DNA of 64,000 nt from Candidatus Nanohaloarchaea archaeon (GCA_013343275.1 CP046106.1:320001-384000); one strand, 5' to 3'. Shown: positions 1-8,618, numbered from the stretch's first letter. Notes: generated from the letters alone by a model not told the origin. Numbers and translations: made by a program.

Positions 1-1
1 A

Positions 2-106
2 ACAGATGAACCTGAAGTAGTTGATGAGGGCGAAACAGTAAAAGACATAAGAACTGCAGACAGCCTCAAAGACACTGTTTTCAACTATCTCGGTATTCAG
101 AAGTAG
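2..106 (+). CDS. 3' end of a gene entering from upstream (partial, acidic)
   Basis: Open frame TDEPEVVDEGETVKDIRTADSLKDTVFNYLGIQK* ending TAG 104-106. Confidence 0.6.
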   Translation, partial: TDEPEVVDEGETVKDIRTADSLKDTVFNYLGIQK

Positions 107-361
107 CTACTCTGACTCTATCTCATCTATCCTTTCCTCAAGTTCTTCACGGCCTTCTTCATCAATCTTACCCCAGTAACCTACCAAGATTATCGACAGC
201 AGAAAAATCAGGCCCCATGCTGCAGTGGCAGATTCTTTCGGAACATAAAGCTCGAAAAGCCCGCTGATCACACCCTCCAGAGAGAAAACAATGATAACAG
301 GACCTACAACTTCCCTAGGCAGGAAGTAGTCAAAATAGGTCTTCAGCTTTTCTCTTTCCAT
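107..361 (-). CDS. Small membrane protein (84 aa, 2 TM)
   Basis: Start moved to MEREKLK; the longer ORF overlaps the tRNA. Two hydrophobic segments and an acidic tail. Confidence 0.7.
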   Translation of the reverse strand: MEREKLKTYFDYFLPREVVGPVIIVFSLEGVISGLFELYVPKESATAAWGLIFLLSIILVGYWGKIDEEGREELEERIDEIESE

Positions 362-396
362 ATTCAACAGTTCGGAGAGAAGAGAAAATAAACTTT

Positions 397-525
397 TGGA
401 CCACCCGGGGTTCGAACCCGGGACCGCCGCCTCTCTTCGAGGCCATCGCACTGGCGTGTTTCAGCAACGTTTTTCAGTACGAGGTCCGTATAAGGACGGT
501 GCTCTAACCCCTGAGCTAGTGGTCC
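397..525 (-). tRNA. tRNA-Ile(UAU) with 56-nt intron (433-488) at position 37/38
   Basis: Acceptor GGACCAC/GTGGTCC, D stem GCTC/GAGC, anticodon arm CCGTC-CT-TAT-A^A-GGCGG, T arm CCGGG-TTCGAAC-CCCGG, A73, no encoded CCA. Confidence 0.92.
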
Positions 526-638
526 AAGACTCCTCTATTACATGCAGTTCCTGCGTAAATTAAAAAACCTTTACAGGCTCAGGCAAGTTTCCGGGCTAAA
601 ATGTTTTATTTCAGAGGAAGAATTCCTTATTGTTATCT

Positions 639-2069
639 ATGAATGGTCTGCCTGTTGCCGGGGTTATAATCCTGCTGAACCTTCTTTGCGTATCCCTGAT
701 AGTTAAGCGTAGCCGTTTTGAGTGGGAAAAACGGTTGAGAAAGCGTTTCGGGGTTGACAGGCACTGGTGGATTCCCTTAATTGCGTTATTTCTGTGCCTG
801 GCTTTTTCAGTAGTAAGCTTTTCCAGCGTCAGGGCAGCTTTTCTGGAGAAGTTTGAGATCATTGTATTGATATTTGCTTTCGGCGTTATGGCAGAAGGCC
901 TTCGTTCCTCTGGACTTTTCCAGCATCTAGCGTACCGTATCGTGGAGAAAGGAGATGGTAGCACTTCCCGGCTAATACTATACATGTTTGTACTGACTTC
1001 GGCAATAACATTCTTCACATCGAACGATATCGTTGTCTACGTTCTGACGCCTATAATTGTCTCGATCTGTTTCCAGGCTGGTATAAGGAATACGAAATTG
1101 ATCTTGCTCTCGCAGTTTATCGCTGCCAATACGCTTTCCATGGGGATGTTGATAGGTTCTCCAACAAACCTGATTATAGCCGAGTCCGTAGGCCTAGACT
1201 TCTTCTCCTACCTCCTGCTGATGATCGTTCCTGCCCTCATAGCATTTGGTTCCTCATTTGTACTGCTGAAGTTAACTGTCAAACTGCTTCAGAAAGGCAA
1301 ACTACCATTTTTCTCTGATTTAAAGTTTGAAGAAAGCTACTCTGTGCCGGAGGATAACCCTGAACCAAGATTTACCTCGCAGATGAGAGACTGGAGTATT
1401 ATATTCGGGTTCTTCGTAGCCCTTGTCGCCGTAGTTACCTTCAGGAACTTCTCCCTCCTATGGTGTTCGGTTCCAGCAATAACCATTTCTCTGTTCTACT
1501 GGCATCTATCCGAGAGACACGTAGACATACGAGAACCTCTTCAAAACCTGCCTTACGGGATTTTCTTCTTCGGCATGACTTTCTTCATATTCGCCGAACA
1601 GTTCGCAAGGACGGGTTTCGTGAACACTGATCTAGTGCCGTTTCTTCAGAACCTTTTCCACGGAAACCATGCAATAACCTCATTCACAGGAGTCTTCGCC
1701 TCCGGCATTACAGTCAACCTCTTCCTAGATCTACCTTCCGCAGCAATAATAGCAGAGATACTGCCAAAACTCGAGCTAGGAACAGTAACCGAACACATAC
1801 TAACACAGGCCACCCTAGTAGGGCTGAACATAGGAACCTACCTGACCTCCATCGGAGCTCTAGCAGGTCTGATCTGGTTTGACGAGATAAGGTTGCAGAG
1901 GACAAAAGAAGAGTCGCAGACGCCTGGCCTAGAGGAGGAAATGATATTCCCTGACCGTATAGACCTTCTGCGTTACGGCCTACTGCACTTCCTGTTCACA
2001 GGGATAATCTCCGCACTGTTTATCCTTGTGGAGGCAGGTCTGATAGGCATCCTCACGACAGCCCTCTGA
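639..2069 (+). CDS. ArsB/NhaD-family (IT superfamily) ion transporter
   Basis: Polytopic; FTSNDIVVYVLTP, AANTLSMGMLIGSPTNLI, GLNIGTYLTSIGALAGLIW motifs. Confidence 0.85.
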   Translation: MNGLPVAGVIILLNLLCVSLIVKRSRFEWEKRLRKRFGVDRHWWIPLIALFLCLAFSVVSFSSVRAAFLEKFEIIVLIFAFGVMAEGLRSSGLFQHLAYRIVEKGDGSTSRLILYMFVLTSAITFFTSNDIVVYVLTPIIVSICFQAGIRNTKLILLSQFIAANTLSMGMLIGSPTNLIIAESVGLDFFSYLLLMIVPALIAFGSSFVLLKLTVKLLQKGKLPFFSDLKFEESYSVPEDNPEPRFTSQMRDWSIIFGFFVALVAVVTFRNFSLLWCSVPAITISLFYWHLSERHVDIREPLQNLPYGIFFFGMTFFIFAEQFARTGFVNTDLVPFLQNLFHGNHAITSFTGVFASGITVNLFLDLPSAAIIAEILPKLELGTVTEHILTQATLVGLNIGTYLTSIGALAGLIWFDEIRLQRTKEESQTPGLEEEMIFPDRIDLLRYGLLHFLFTGIISALFILVEAGLIGILTTAL

Positions 2070-2167
2070 TCACTACTTTCGTACATTCTTTTTCTCCAGC
2101 CCTCATCAGGTTAATAAATCTTCTATGGAATAGGTTAGTTGTAACGTTCTAAAGGTGAGAATAATTA

Positions 2168-2878
2168 ATGCAGATGACTAATCCGAATCAGCAGCAGTAT
2201 GACCGTGGAATTACAACCTTCTCTCCAGACGGAAGGCTTTTCCAGGTTGAATACGCAAAAGAAGCAGTAAAGAAAGGCGCAACAGCTCTGGGAATCGTCT
2301 ACGACGAGGGAGTTGTTCTGGGAGCAACCAGAAGTACTCCAGAACTTCAGGTAAGGAACCCTGAGAAGGTTTTCAAGATCGACGACCATCTAGGTGTCGC
2401 AACCTCAGGTCTCGTAGCCGACGGCCGCACACTTGTTGAGGAAGCAAGGAACGAGGCCCAGAAGTACTTGATGACTTACAGCGAGGAGATCCCTACCAGC
2501 AACCTCTCCAAGTTCGTCGCCGATAGATGCCAGCAGTTTACACAGTACGGAGGCGTAAGGCCTTACGGACTGGCAACGATCGCAGGAGGAGTTAAGGACG
2601 GTAAGGCTGAAGTCTACCAGACAGATCCTTCCGGAACACTCAGCCAGTGGAATGCAATCGCAATTGGAAAAGGCGGCAGCGAAGCGAAAGAATACCTCCA
2701 GGAGAACTGGGAGGACGGACTTTCCCGTGAAGACGCTATTGAACTGGCACTCGCAGCACTGAAAGAGGGAGAAGACGACATCGAACTGAAGAATGTCGAA
2801 CTGGGAACTGTTGACGAAGAAAACAATTTCCAGAGAGTATCTCCTGACGAGCTCAGGGAAGAAGGCTTCGAACTTTAA
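2168..2878 (+). CDS. psmA: Proteasome alpha subunit
   Basis: YDRGITTFSPDGRLFQVEYA signature; GGTGA SD upstream. Confidence 0.97.
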   Translation: MQMTNPNQQQYDRGITTFSPDGRLFQVEYAKEAVKKGATALGIVYDEGVVLGATRSTPELQVRNPEKVFKIDDHLGVATSGLVADGRTLVEEARNEAQKYLMTYSEEIPTSNLSKFVADRCQQFTQYGGVRPYGLATIAGGVKDGKAEVYQTDPSGTLSQWNAIAIGKGGSEAKEYLQENWEDGLSREDAIELALAALKEGEDDIELKNVELGTVDEENNFQRVSPDELREEGFEL

Positions 2879-2969
2879 GGCCTTCTCTCCTTTTGTACCC
2901 TATTTTTCTCTTGTTTCTATCTACAGAAATTGAAAAACTGTTTAAGAATAGCAGCTTATAGATATCTTT

Positions 2970-3650
2970 ATGGATACCTCTGATGCGATCAAAGTTCGTT
3001 ATGAAGACTACGAAATTCTGGTAGATCCTGACCTCGCCAAAGAGGCCAAGCTCGAAGGTAAAGAGCATGATATACAGAGGCTTCTTTTCGTCCAGGAAGT
3101 TTTCAAAGACGCCGACCAGGGTGAGAGAGCGTCGGCCGACGAACTGGAAAATGATTTCAACACACGCCAGGTGATGGAGGCTGCCGAGGAAATATTCGAG
3201 AAAGGAGAGATGCAGCTGACGACCGAACAGAAGAAAGAGATGAGAGAAGACAAGAGAAAACAGATAGTTAACATGATCGCAAGAAGGGCCATGGACCCGA
3301 AAACAGGCAACCCGCACCCACCGCAGAGGGTGGAGAACGCACTGGAGGAGGCAGGATTCCATGTAGATGCCATGGAAGACGTGGAAGAACAGTTCGACGA
3401 TGCAATTGAACAGATCAGACCTATCATACCAGTCTCACTGGATAAGAAAACTGTAGGTATCAAGATACCAAACGACAAAGCAGGAAAGGCCTACGACCTC
3501 CTGAAGAGAAAGGCCGACCTGAAAGACGAGCAATGGGGCAACGAGTACTTCATGGCCCGCATCCAGCTACCTGCCGGAGCACTCACGGAACTTATGGAAG
3601 AGCTGCAGGAGATGACCGGCGGCGAAGTCCAGATGACAGAAGAGGCCTAA
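2970..3650 (+). CDS. sdo1: Ribosome maturation factor SBDS/SDO1
   Basis: EILVDPD, QLTTEQKKEM, DPKTGNPHPPQR motifs; canonical position after psmA. Confidence 0.95.
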   Translation: MDTSDAIKVRYEDYEILVDPDLAKEAKLEGKEHDIQRLLFVQEVFKDADQGERASADELENDFNTRQVMEAAEEIFEKGEMQLTTEQKKEMREDKRKQIVNMIARRAMDPKTGNPHPPQRVENALEEAGFHVDAMEDVEEQFDDAIEQIRPIIPVSLDKKTVGIKIPNDKAGKAYDLLKRKADLKDEQWGNEYFMARIQLPAGALTELMEELQEMTGGEVQMTEEA

Positions 3651-3655
3651 AAATA

Positions 3656-4120
3656 ATGCATTCCAGCGCCGAGAGATTCGCAGACAAAGTTGAAGAGAAA
3701 TACGATTTCAGGCCTGAAATCAGGGAGTTCCCGGAAGGCACAAAAACTGCAGAGGACGCAGCAAATGCAATCAACTGTGAAGTAGGCCAGATAGTGAAAA
3801 GCCTGGTATTCGAATCAGAGAAAGGGCTTTACCTGGTTCTGTGCAGCGGGGATAACAGTGTTGACACAGATAAACTGGCGATGAGAACTAGTTCCGATTC
3901 AGTTGATATGGCCTCTCCGGATCAGGTGAAGGAGGTTACAGGCTGGAGCATCGGTGGAGTTCCTCCATTGCTCTCAGATCTCGAGGTATTCATGGATGAT
4001 ACGTTGCTCGACTACGATAAGGTTTGGGCGGCTGCTGGCACTCCTGAGGCCGTTTTCAGTATAGATCCTGAAAGGCTGAAGTCTCTGTCGGATGCCTCTG
4101 TTGAGACTTTTTTCGATTAG
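3656..4120 (+). CDS. YbaK/EbsC-family aminoacyl-tRNA editing protein
   Basis: TKTAEDAA, IVKSLVF, TGWSIGGVPP, WAAAGTP; start moved to MHSSAERF. Confidence 0.9.
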   Translation: MHSSAERFADKVEEKYDFRPEIREFPEGTKTAEDAANAINCEVGQIVKSLVFESEKGLYLVLCSGDNSVDTDKLAMRTSSDSVDMASPDQVKEVTGWSIGGVPPLLSDLEVFMDDTLLDYDKVWAAAGTPEAVFSIDPERLKSLSDASVETFFD

Positions 4121-4217
4121 AAACAGGTATTTAAAGATTGCAGGAGTTTTTCTATTTATAAAATCAGATTCTTTTGTGGAAAGTTGATAGAAGAATAAAA
4201 TTTGAGGTAATAAATTT

Positions 4218-4910
4218 ATGTCACGTGTAAAAGAAGACAATGACTTAGTTGTTCCTGGAGACGTCCTATACGACGGAAGCAACCTATATGCGAACCAGGG
4301 CACCTATGAAGAAAACGATAAAATCTATGCAGAAAGCGTTGGCGTTGTACGTTACAGCGACCAGGGTGTCGAAGTCGTCCCTATGTCAGGAAGATACATT
4401 CCTGAAGAAGGCGACGTAGTAATTGGAGAGATCTCTCGAGTAAGTTATTCTCGATGGACCGTTGACCTGAACTCTCCTTACGACGGCACACTCGGTATCA
4501 GCGACGCAACAGAAGAGTACGTTGACCTTGACGAAGACGACCTTACAGACTTCTACGATGTAGGAGATACAGTAGTTGTCAAGATTGACTCCGTAAGCGA
4601 GTCAATGGACGTCGACCTCTCAATGAAAGACCGCAGATGCAAGAAACTGCACGGCGGACGAGTAGTAGAGATCGCACCATCAAAGGTACCTCGTGTAATC
4701 GGAAAAGGAGGTACAATGGTACAGCAGGTTAACGACAAGACCGACTGCAACATAATCGTAGGCCAGAACGGTCAGGTATGGATCAAAGGCGAACATGCCA
4801 ACCTTGCAGCAAGAGCGATCAAGAAAATCGAAAGAGAAGCTCACACACAGGGCCTGACAGACAGAATAGCTGAATGGCTTGATGAACAGCTAGAAGAGGT
4901 GGATCAATAA
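4218..4910 (+). CDS. rrp4: Exosome RNA-binding cap subunit Rrp4
   Basis: LVVPGD, S1 domain, KH motif KVPRVIGKGG, IIVGQNG. Confidence 0.96.
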   Translation: MSRVKEDNDLVVPGDVLYDGSNLYANQGTYEENDKIYAESVGVVRYSDQGVEVVPMSGRYIPEEGDVVIGEISRVSYSRWTVDLNSPYDGTLGISDATEEYVDLDEDDLTDFYDVGDTVVVKIDSVSESMDVDLSMKDRRCKKLHGGRVVEIAPSKVPRVIGKGGTMVQQVNDKTDCNIIVGQNGQVWIKGEHANLAARAIKKIEREAHTQGLTDRIAEWLDEQLEEVDQ

Positions 4911-4960
4911 TGAAAATCGCAGATTTTCGTAGAGATGAAAACAGAGGTGTTTTCGAATAA
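4910..4960 (+). other. 16-codon bridging mini-ORF (MKIADFRRDENRGVFE) containing two hairpins
   Basis: ATG overlaps the rrp4 TAA and its TAA overlaps the rrp41 ATG; hairpins GAAAATC-GCA-GATTTTC and GAAAACA-GAGG-TGTTTTC. Confidence 0.55.
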
Positions 4961-5712
4961 TGACAGCATCAAAGGAAGACATTGAATGGTTTGACGAAGA
5001 AGGCAAACGTGTAGACGGAAGAGAAAAGGACGAATACAGAGAGACAACAATGGAGATCGGTGTTCTTGACGAAGCCGATGGATCCGCAATGGTAGAAGTA
5101 GGAAACACCAGAGTTGTAGCATCAGTATTCGGGCCACAGGATCTTCACCCGAAGCACCTGCAGGAATCAGACCGTGCAGTCATCAAGATGCGTTACAACA
5201 TGGCTCCATTCAGCGTAGACGACAGAATGAGCCCAGGACCGAACAGAAGAGCAAAGGAAATCGGTCTTGTAGCACGTAGAGCACTTGAACCTGTACTAGA
5301 CCTCGAAAGATTCCCGAAGTCCGGAATCGACATTTCCATGGAAGTTCTGGAGTCCGACGGAGGAACAAGAGTTACAGGAATCACAGCAGCTTCACTCGCA
5401 CTGGCCGACGCAGGCATTCCGATGGAAGGAATGGTCTCAGCAATAGCTTCAGGAGTAGTAGCAGACACACCTGTCCTAGACGTTAACGGCAAAGAAGACA
5501 AAGAAGGAAACGCAGACATCCCTGTCGCAGTAATCAACTACGAAGACGAGGAAGAATCCGACGAGATCACACTCCTACAGATGGACGGAAATCTCACACA
5601 GGAACAGGTAGATGAATGCATCTCACTGGCCAAACAAGGCTGCAGAGACCTCTACGAGGAACAGAAGAAAACCATTGTAGACAACTACGAAGCAATCAGA
5701 GGTGAACAATAA
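4960..5712 (+). CDS. rrp41: Exosome core exonuclease Rrp41
   Basis: RNase PH fold: RVDGR, ADGSA, YNMAPFS, SDGGTR, LADAGIPM, LLQMDG. Confidence 0.96.
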   Translation: MTASKEDIEWFDEEGKRVDGREKDEYRETTMEIGVLDEADGSAMVEVGNTRVVASVFGPQDLHPKHLQESDRAVIKMRYNMAPFSVDDRMSPGPNRRAKEIGLVARRALEPVLDLERFPKSGIDISMEVLESDGGTRVTGITAASLALADAGIPMEGMVSAIASGVVADTPVLDVNGKEDKEGNADIPVAVINYEDEEESDEITLLQMDGNLTQEQVDECISLAKQGCRDLYEEQKKTIVDNYEAIRGEQ

Positions 5713-6497
5713 TGAAGATTAACCAAGAGACAATTCGAAAGATCATCGAAGATGAGGAAAGACTTGACGACAGAGGCCTCGAAGAGTACCGAGATATAGA
5801 GATCGAGACCGGATGGGTAAGAGAAACCGCAGAAGGTTCAGCAAAAGTAACAATCGGAGACACACAGGTACTTGTAGGCCTTTCAGTTGACGTAGAAGAA
5901 CCTTACAGCGACAGACCTGATCAGGGTACAATCGTAACCAACGCAGAGCTTGCGCCAATGGCAGCACGGGAGTACGAATCAGGTCCACCACGAGAACCAG
6001 GAGTCGAACTTGCAAGAGTAGTCGACCGTGGAATCCGAGAGGCAGAAGCAGTCGACCTAGAGGAACTGTGCATCAAGGAAGGAGAGAAAGTTTACACACT
6101 ATTCCTTGACGTACATGTCCTGAACGACGACGGCAACCTGATCGACGCATCCAGCCTCGGAGCACTCGCAGCCCTCAAGACAGGGTTTATTCCAGAGTAC
6201 GACGAGGAAGAAGGCCTTCAGAGAGATGAGAAGGCTATGGACGTCCCTCTACAGTATGAGCCTGTAACAGTTACAGGCCGTAAGATCGAGGACAAGCTTC
6301 TCTGGGATACAACCCGAGAAGAGGAAGAAGCTCTCGACGCACGACTAACTGTTTCCATCAAGGAAGACGGAAACGTAGTCTCAATGCAGAAAGGAGAGAT
6401 GCAGCCTTACAGTCAGCAAGAGATCAGAGACACAATCGAAAAGGCTGAAGAGAAAACCGAAGAACTCCGTGAGCTTCTAGACGAAGCTTGCAGGTAA
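5712..6497 (+). CDS. rrp42: Exosome core subunit Rrp42
   Basis: AEGSA, ELARVVDRGIRE, DVHVLNDDGNLIDA; TAATG coupling to rrp41. Confidence 0.96.
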   Translation: MKINQETIRKIIEDEERLDDRGLEEYRDIEIETGWVRETAEGSAKVTIGDTQVLVGLSVDVEEPYSDRPDQGTIVTNAELAPMAAREYESGPPREPGVELARVVDRGIREAEAVDLEELCIKEGEKVYTLFLDVHVLNDDGNLIDASSLGALAALKTGFIPEYDEEEGLQRDEKAMDVPLQYEPVTVTGRKIEDKLLWDTTREEEEALDARLTVSIKEDGNVVSMQKGEMQPYSQQEIRDTIEKAEEKTEELRELLDEACR

Positions 6498-6567
6498 GGG
6501 TTGAAATCAAACCCTTACAGTGGGAAAAGCCCGATTCTCCTACAGGAGAATAAAAAGCTTTTCTCAC
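6494..6567 (+). promoter_or_regulatory. Structured intergenic RNA element between rrp42 and rpl37ae
   Basis: Hairpin GTAAGGGTT/AACCCTTAC, then GTGGGAAAAGC/GCTTTTCTCAC enclosing ATTCTCC-TACA-GGAGAAT. Confidence 0.55.
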
Positions 6568-6596
6568 ATTTTACTTTTTATTCAAAGTGATAAACA

Positions 6597-6857
6597 ATGG
6601 CTGAAAATAGATCATCCAAAAGATTCGGATCCCGTTACGGTAACAGAATTCGTAAAAACGTAGACGAGGCCGAGAAAGGAGAAGAAGATTATGAGCGAGT
6701 AGCCGCAGGAATCTGGAAAGACAAAGAAACAGGAGAGATTGTAGCAGGCGGCGCTTACAGAAAAGACACAGGCGGAAAAGAAATGCTGGATAAAGCACTA
6801 GAGCTTGAAGGCGGCATCGAAGAACTTGAAGAAGCTAAAGAGGAGATTGAGGAATGA
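6597..6857 (+). CDS. rpl37ae: 50S ribosomal protein eL43 (L37ae), cysteine-free variant
   Basis: RFGSRYG...RK, R..AGIW, AGGAY motifs; position between rrp42 and rpoP. Confidence 0.9.
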   Translation: MAENRSSKRFGSRYGNRIRKNVDEAEKGEEDYERVAAGIWKDKETGEIVAGGAYRKDTGGKEMLDKALELEGGIEELEEAKEEIEE

Positions 6858-6994
6858 CTGCGTACAAATGTGTCAAATGTGAGGAAGAAGTTGACATCGA
6901 CCCCGTCAACGAGAAAGTGATCTGCCCGAAGTGCAGCCACAGAGTACTCCTCAAGATGAGGCCTGAAGACACTGACCGTGTAGAAGCAGTATGA
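6854..6994 (+). CDS. rpoP: RNA polymerase subunit P (Rpo12), not in the ORF track
   Basis: MTAYKCVKCEEEVDIDPVNEKVICPKCSHRVLLKMRP...; ATGA overlaps at both ends. Confidence 0.93.
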   Translation: MTAYKCVKCEEEVDIDPVNEKVICPKCSHRVLLKMRPEDTDRVEAV

Positions 6995-7203
6995 AATCAA
7001 CGGTAGAGATAGACACAGAACGGCCTTCAGATTACAAACAAATACTTGCCCAGAGCCTGACAAGCGACCAGAAAATCCAGTACCAGCTTGAAGCTGAGGA
7101 AGATAAACTGGTAGTACAGGTTGAGGCAGACGGTATCGGCCCATTAAGAGGCTGTACCGATACAGTATTCAGGCTTTCAAGCCTGGTTAAAAAACTATAT
7201 TAG
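6991..7203 (+). CDS. pcc1: KEOPS complex subunit Pcc1
   Basis: 70 aa, LVVQVEADGIGPLRG pattern; superoperon position. Confidence 0.75.
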   Translation: MKSTVEIDTERPSDYKQILAQSLTSDQKIQYQLEAEEDKLVVQVEADGIGPLRGCTDTVFRLSSLVKKLY

Positions 7204-7214
7204 GTGATTTCATT

Positions 7215-7544
7215 ATGGAAGAAGACGCACAGCAGATGATGATGGAAATGCAGCAAACTCAGCAAAAACTACAGGAAGTTGCTGCACAGAAAGAAGAAAC
7301 ACAGGACGAACTCGACGGTATCGAGAAGTCCCTAGAAGAACTAGAGAAAGACGAAGAAGGAGAAGTTTACCAGGAAGTTGGTAACATTCTCGTAGCAAAG
7401 GACCGAGATCAGCTTCAGTCCGATCTTGAGGACAGACAGGAAGATCTCGCAGCCCGTAAGGAAAGACTTGAAAGTAAAGAAGAAGAGCTACGTGAAAAAC
7501 TTCAGGAAGCTCAGAGCCAGATTTCCCAGAGCATGGGCCAGTAA
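7215..7544 (+). CDS. pfdB: Prefoldin beta subunit
   Basis: Coiled coil - VYQEVGNILV hairpin - coiled coil; GGTGA SD. Confidence 0.92.
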   Translation: MEEDAQQMMMEMQQTQQKLQEVAAQKEETQDELDGIEKSLEELEKDEEGEVYQEVGNILVAKDRDQLQSDLEDRQEDLAARKERLESKEEELREKLQEAQSQISQSMGQ

Positions 7545-7571
7545 GGCCTGAGTTCTCCCGGGTGTCTTGAA

Positions 7572-7820
7572 ATGCCATCAGTAGATGCAGTTACGGACAG
7601 AATGAGGGACCTCGCCGATAAAGATGGCGTCCCATCAAATATCTCCGAGCTACTGGAAGAAGCAGCTGAGACCCTGCAGGAAGAAGACAAAGAGCTTTCT
7701 GTAAGGGTTAACACTGCATCTTCTCTGCTTGACCAGATCAGCAATGATCCTAACATCAAGCAGCATACCAGGACCGAGATCTGGAACCTGGCCTCCAAGG
7801 TTGAAAGCCTGGAGGATTAA
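7572..7820 (+). CDS. UPF0147 family protein
   Basis: GVPSNI, LDQISNDPNI..HTRTEIWNLAS.VES. Confidence 0.9.
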   Translation: MPSVDAVTDRMRDLADKDGVPSNISELLEEAAETLQEEDKELSVRVNTASSLLDQISNDPNIKQHTRTEIWNLASKVESLED

Positions 7821-7906
7821 ACTCGATCTCTCTTTTTTCTTCTCAAAGCTTTGAAAAGGTATAAAAGTTCTAGAGAACCAAATTTTAACCAAGAGGTAAT
7901 TAAACT

Positions 7907-8284
7907 ATGCCGCTAGGATTTCTGAAAAAAGAAGGGGAAGATGGAGAAGCTTCTGAAGTAATGGAAGACGACTTCGTCGAACTTGATGCAAACATGTCTG
8001 AAAACGATAGTAAAGTAGTAATAAGAGCTGAAACGCTTAGAGAGTACGACGACGCAGAAAAAGTACAGGAACACCTGCGCAACGACCATATTGTATGGGT
8101 AAACATCGGACCTCTAAAGGAGACAGACATGACCAATCTGAAGAGAGCGGTCAAGAAGCTGAAAAAGACTGTCAAGTCAATTGACGGTGACATGGCAGGA
8201 GTTGACGAGGAATGGATCGTTGTCTGTCCACGGTACGCAGAAATCAAGAGAAGTGAGGAGACCCAAGACGCCGGCGGTCAATGA
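7907..8284 (+). CDS. sepF: Cell division protein SepF (DUF552)
   Basis: IVWVNI.PLK, LKRAV.KLK, IDGDMAG, WIVVCP. Confidence 0.88.
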   Translation: MPLGFLKKEGEDGEASEVMEDDFVELDANMSENDSKVVIRAETLREYDDAEKVQEHLRNDHIVWVNIGPLKETDMTNLKRAVKKLKKTVKSIDGDMAGVDEEWIVVCPRYAEIKRSEETQDAGGQ

Positions 8285-8618
8285 AAACCGTCATCCATTT
8301 ATCTTCAAATAATTCTAACAAGATAGCTGAAGCAGTAGCAAACACCAGAAACCTGCTGCGAGACGAGACAGTTAAAGAGTCAGAAATAGTTCTCCTTGTA
8401 AACAGCGACGCAATAAACTCTCTAGAGAGCGGATCCGCAGCAGAAGCCATATCCAGGACCTTCTAGATCAGGGGGTTGAAGTGAAGGCCTGCAGTAACTC
8501 CCTTGAATCACGGAATATAACAGAAGAAGACCTGATAGAAGGAGTAAGCCCTGTATCTTCAGGAGTGGGAGAGCTCACCCGGCTGCAGGACAATGGCTAT
8601 GCTTACGTCAGGCCATAG
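8281..8618 (+). pseudogene. DsrE-family protein with a frameshift near 8445
   Basis: N half AVANTRNLLRD..LLVNSDAI; the C half GVEVKACSNSL..SSGVGELTRLQDNGYAYVRP* continues in another frame. Confidence 0.8.

Noticed and set aside
107-451. 114-aa ORF as listed in the track
   Set aside because: The first 30 codons overlap the tRNA-Ile 3' exon and trailer; the real start is more likely at 361
6488-6553. Possible TTG-started mini-ORF over the rrp42-rpl37ae structure
   Set aside because: It neither starts in the rrp42 stop nor ends at the rpl37ae start, so it does not fit the bridging pattern
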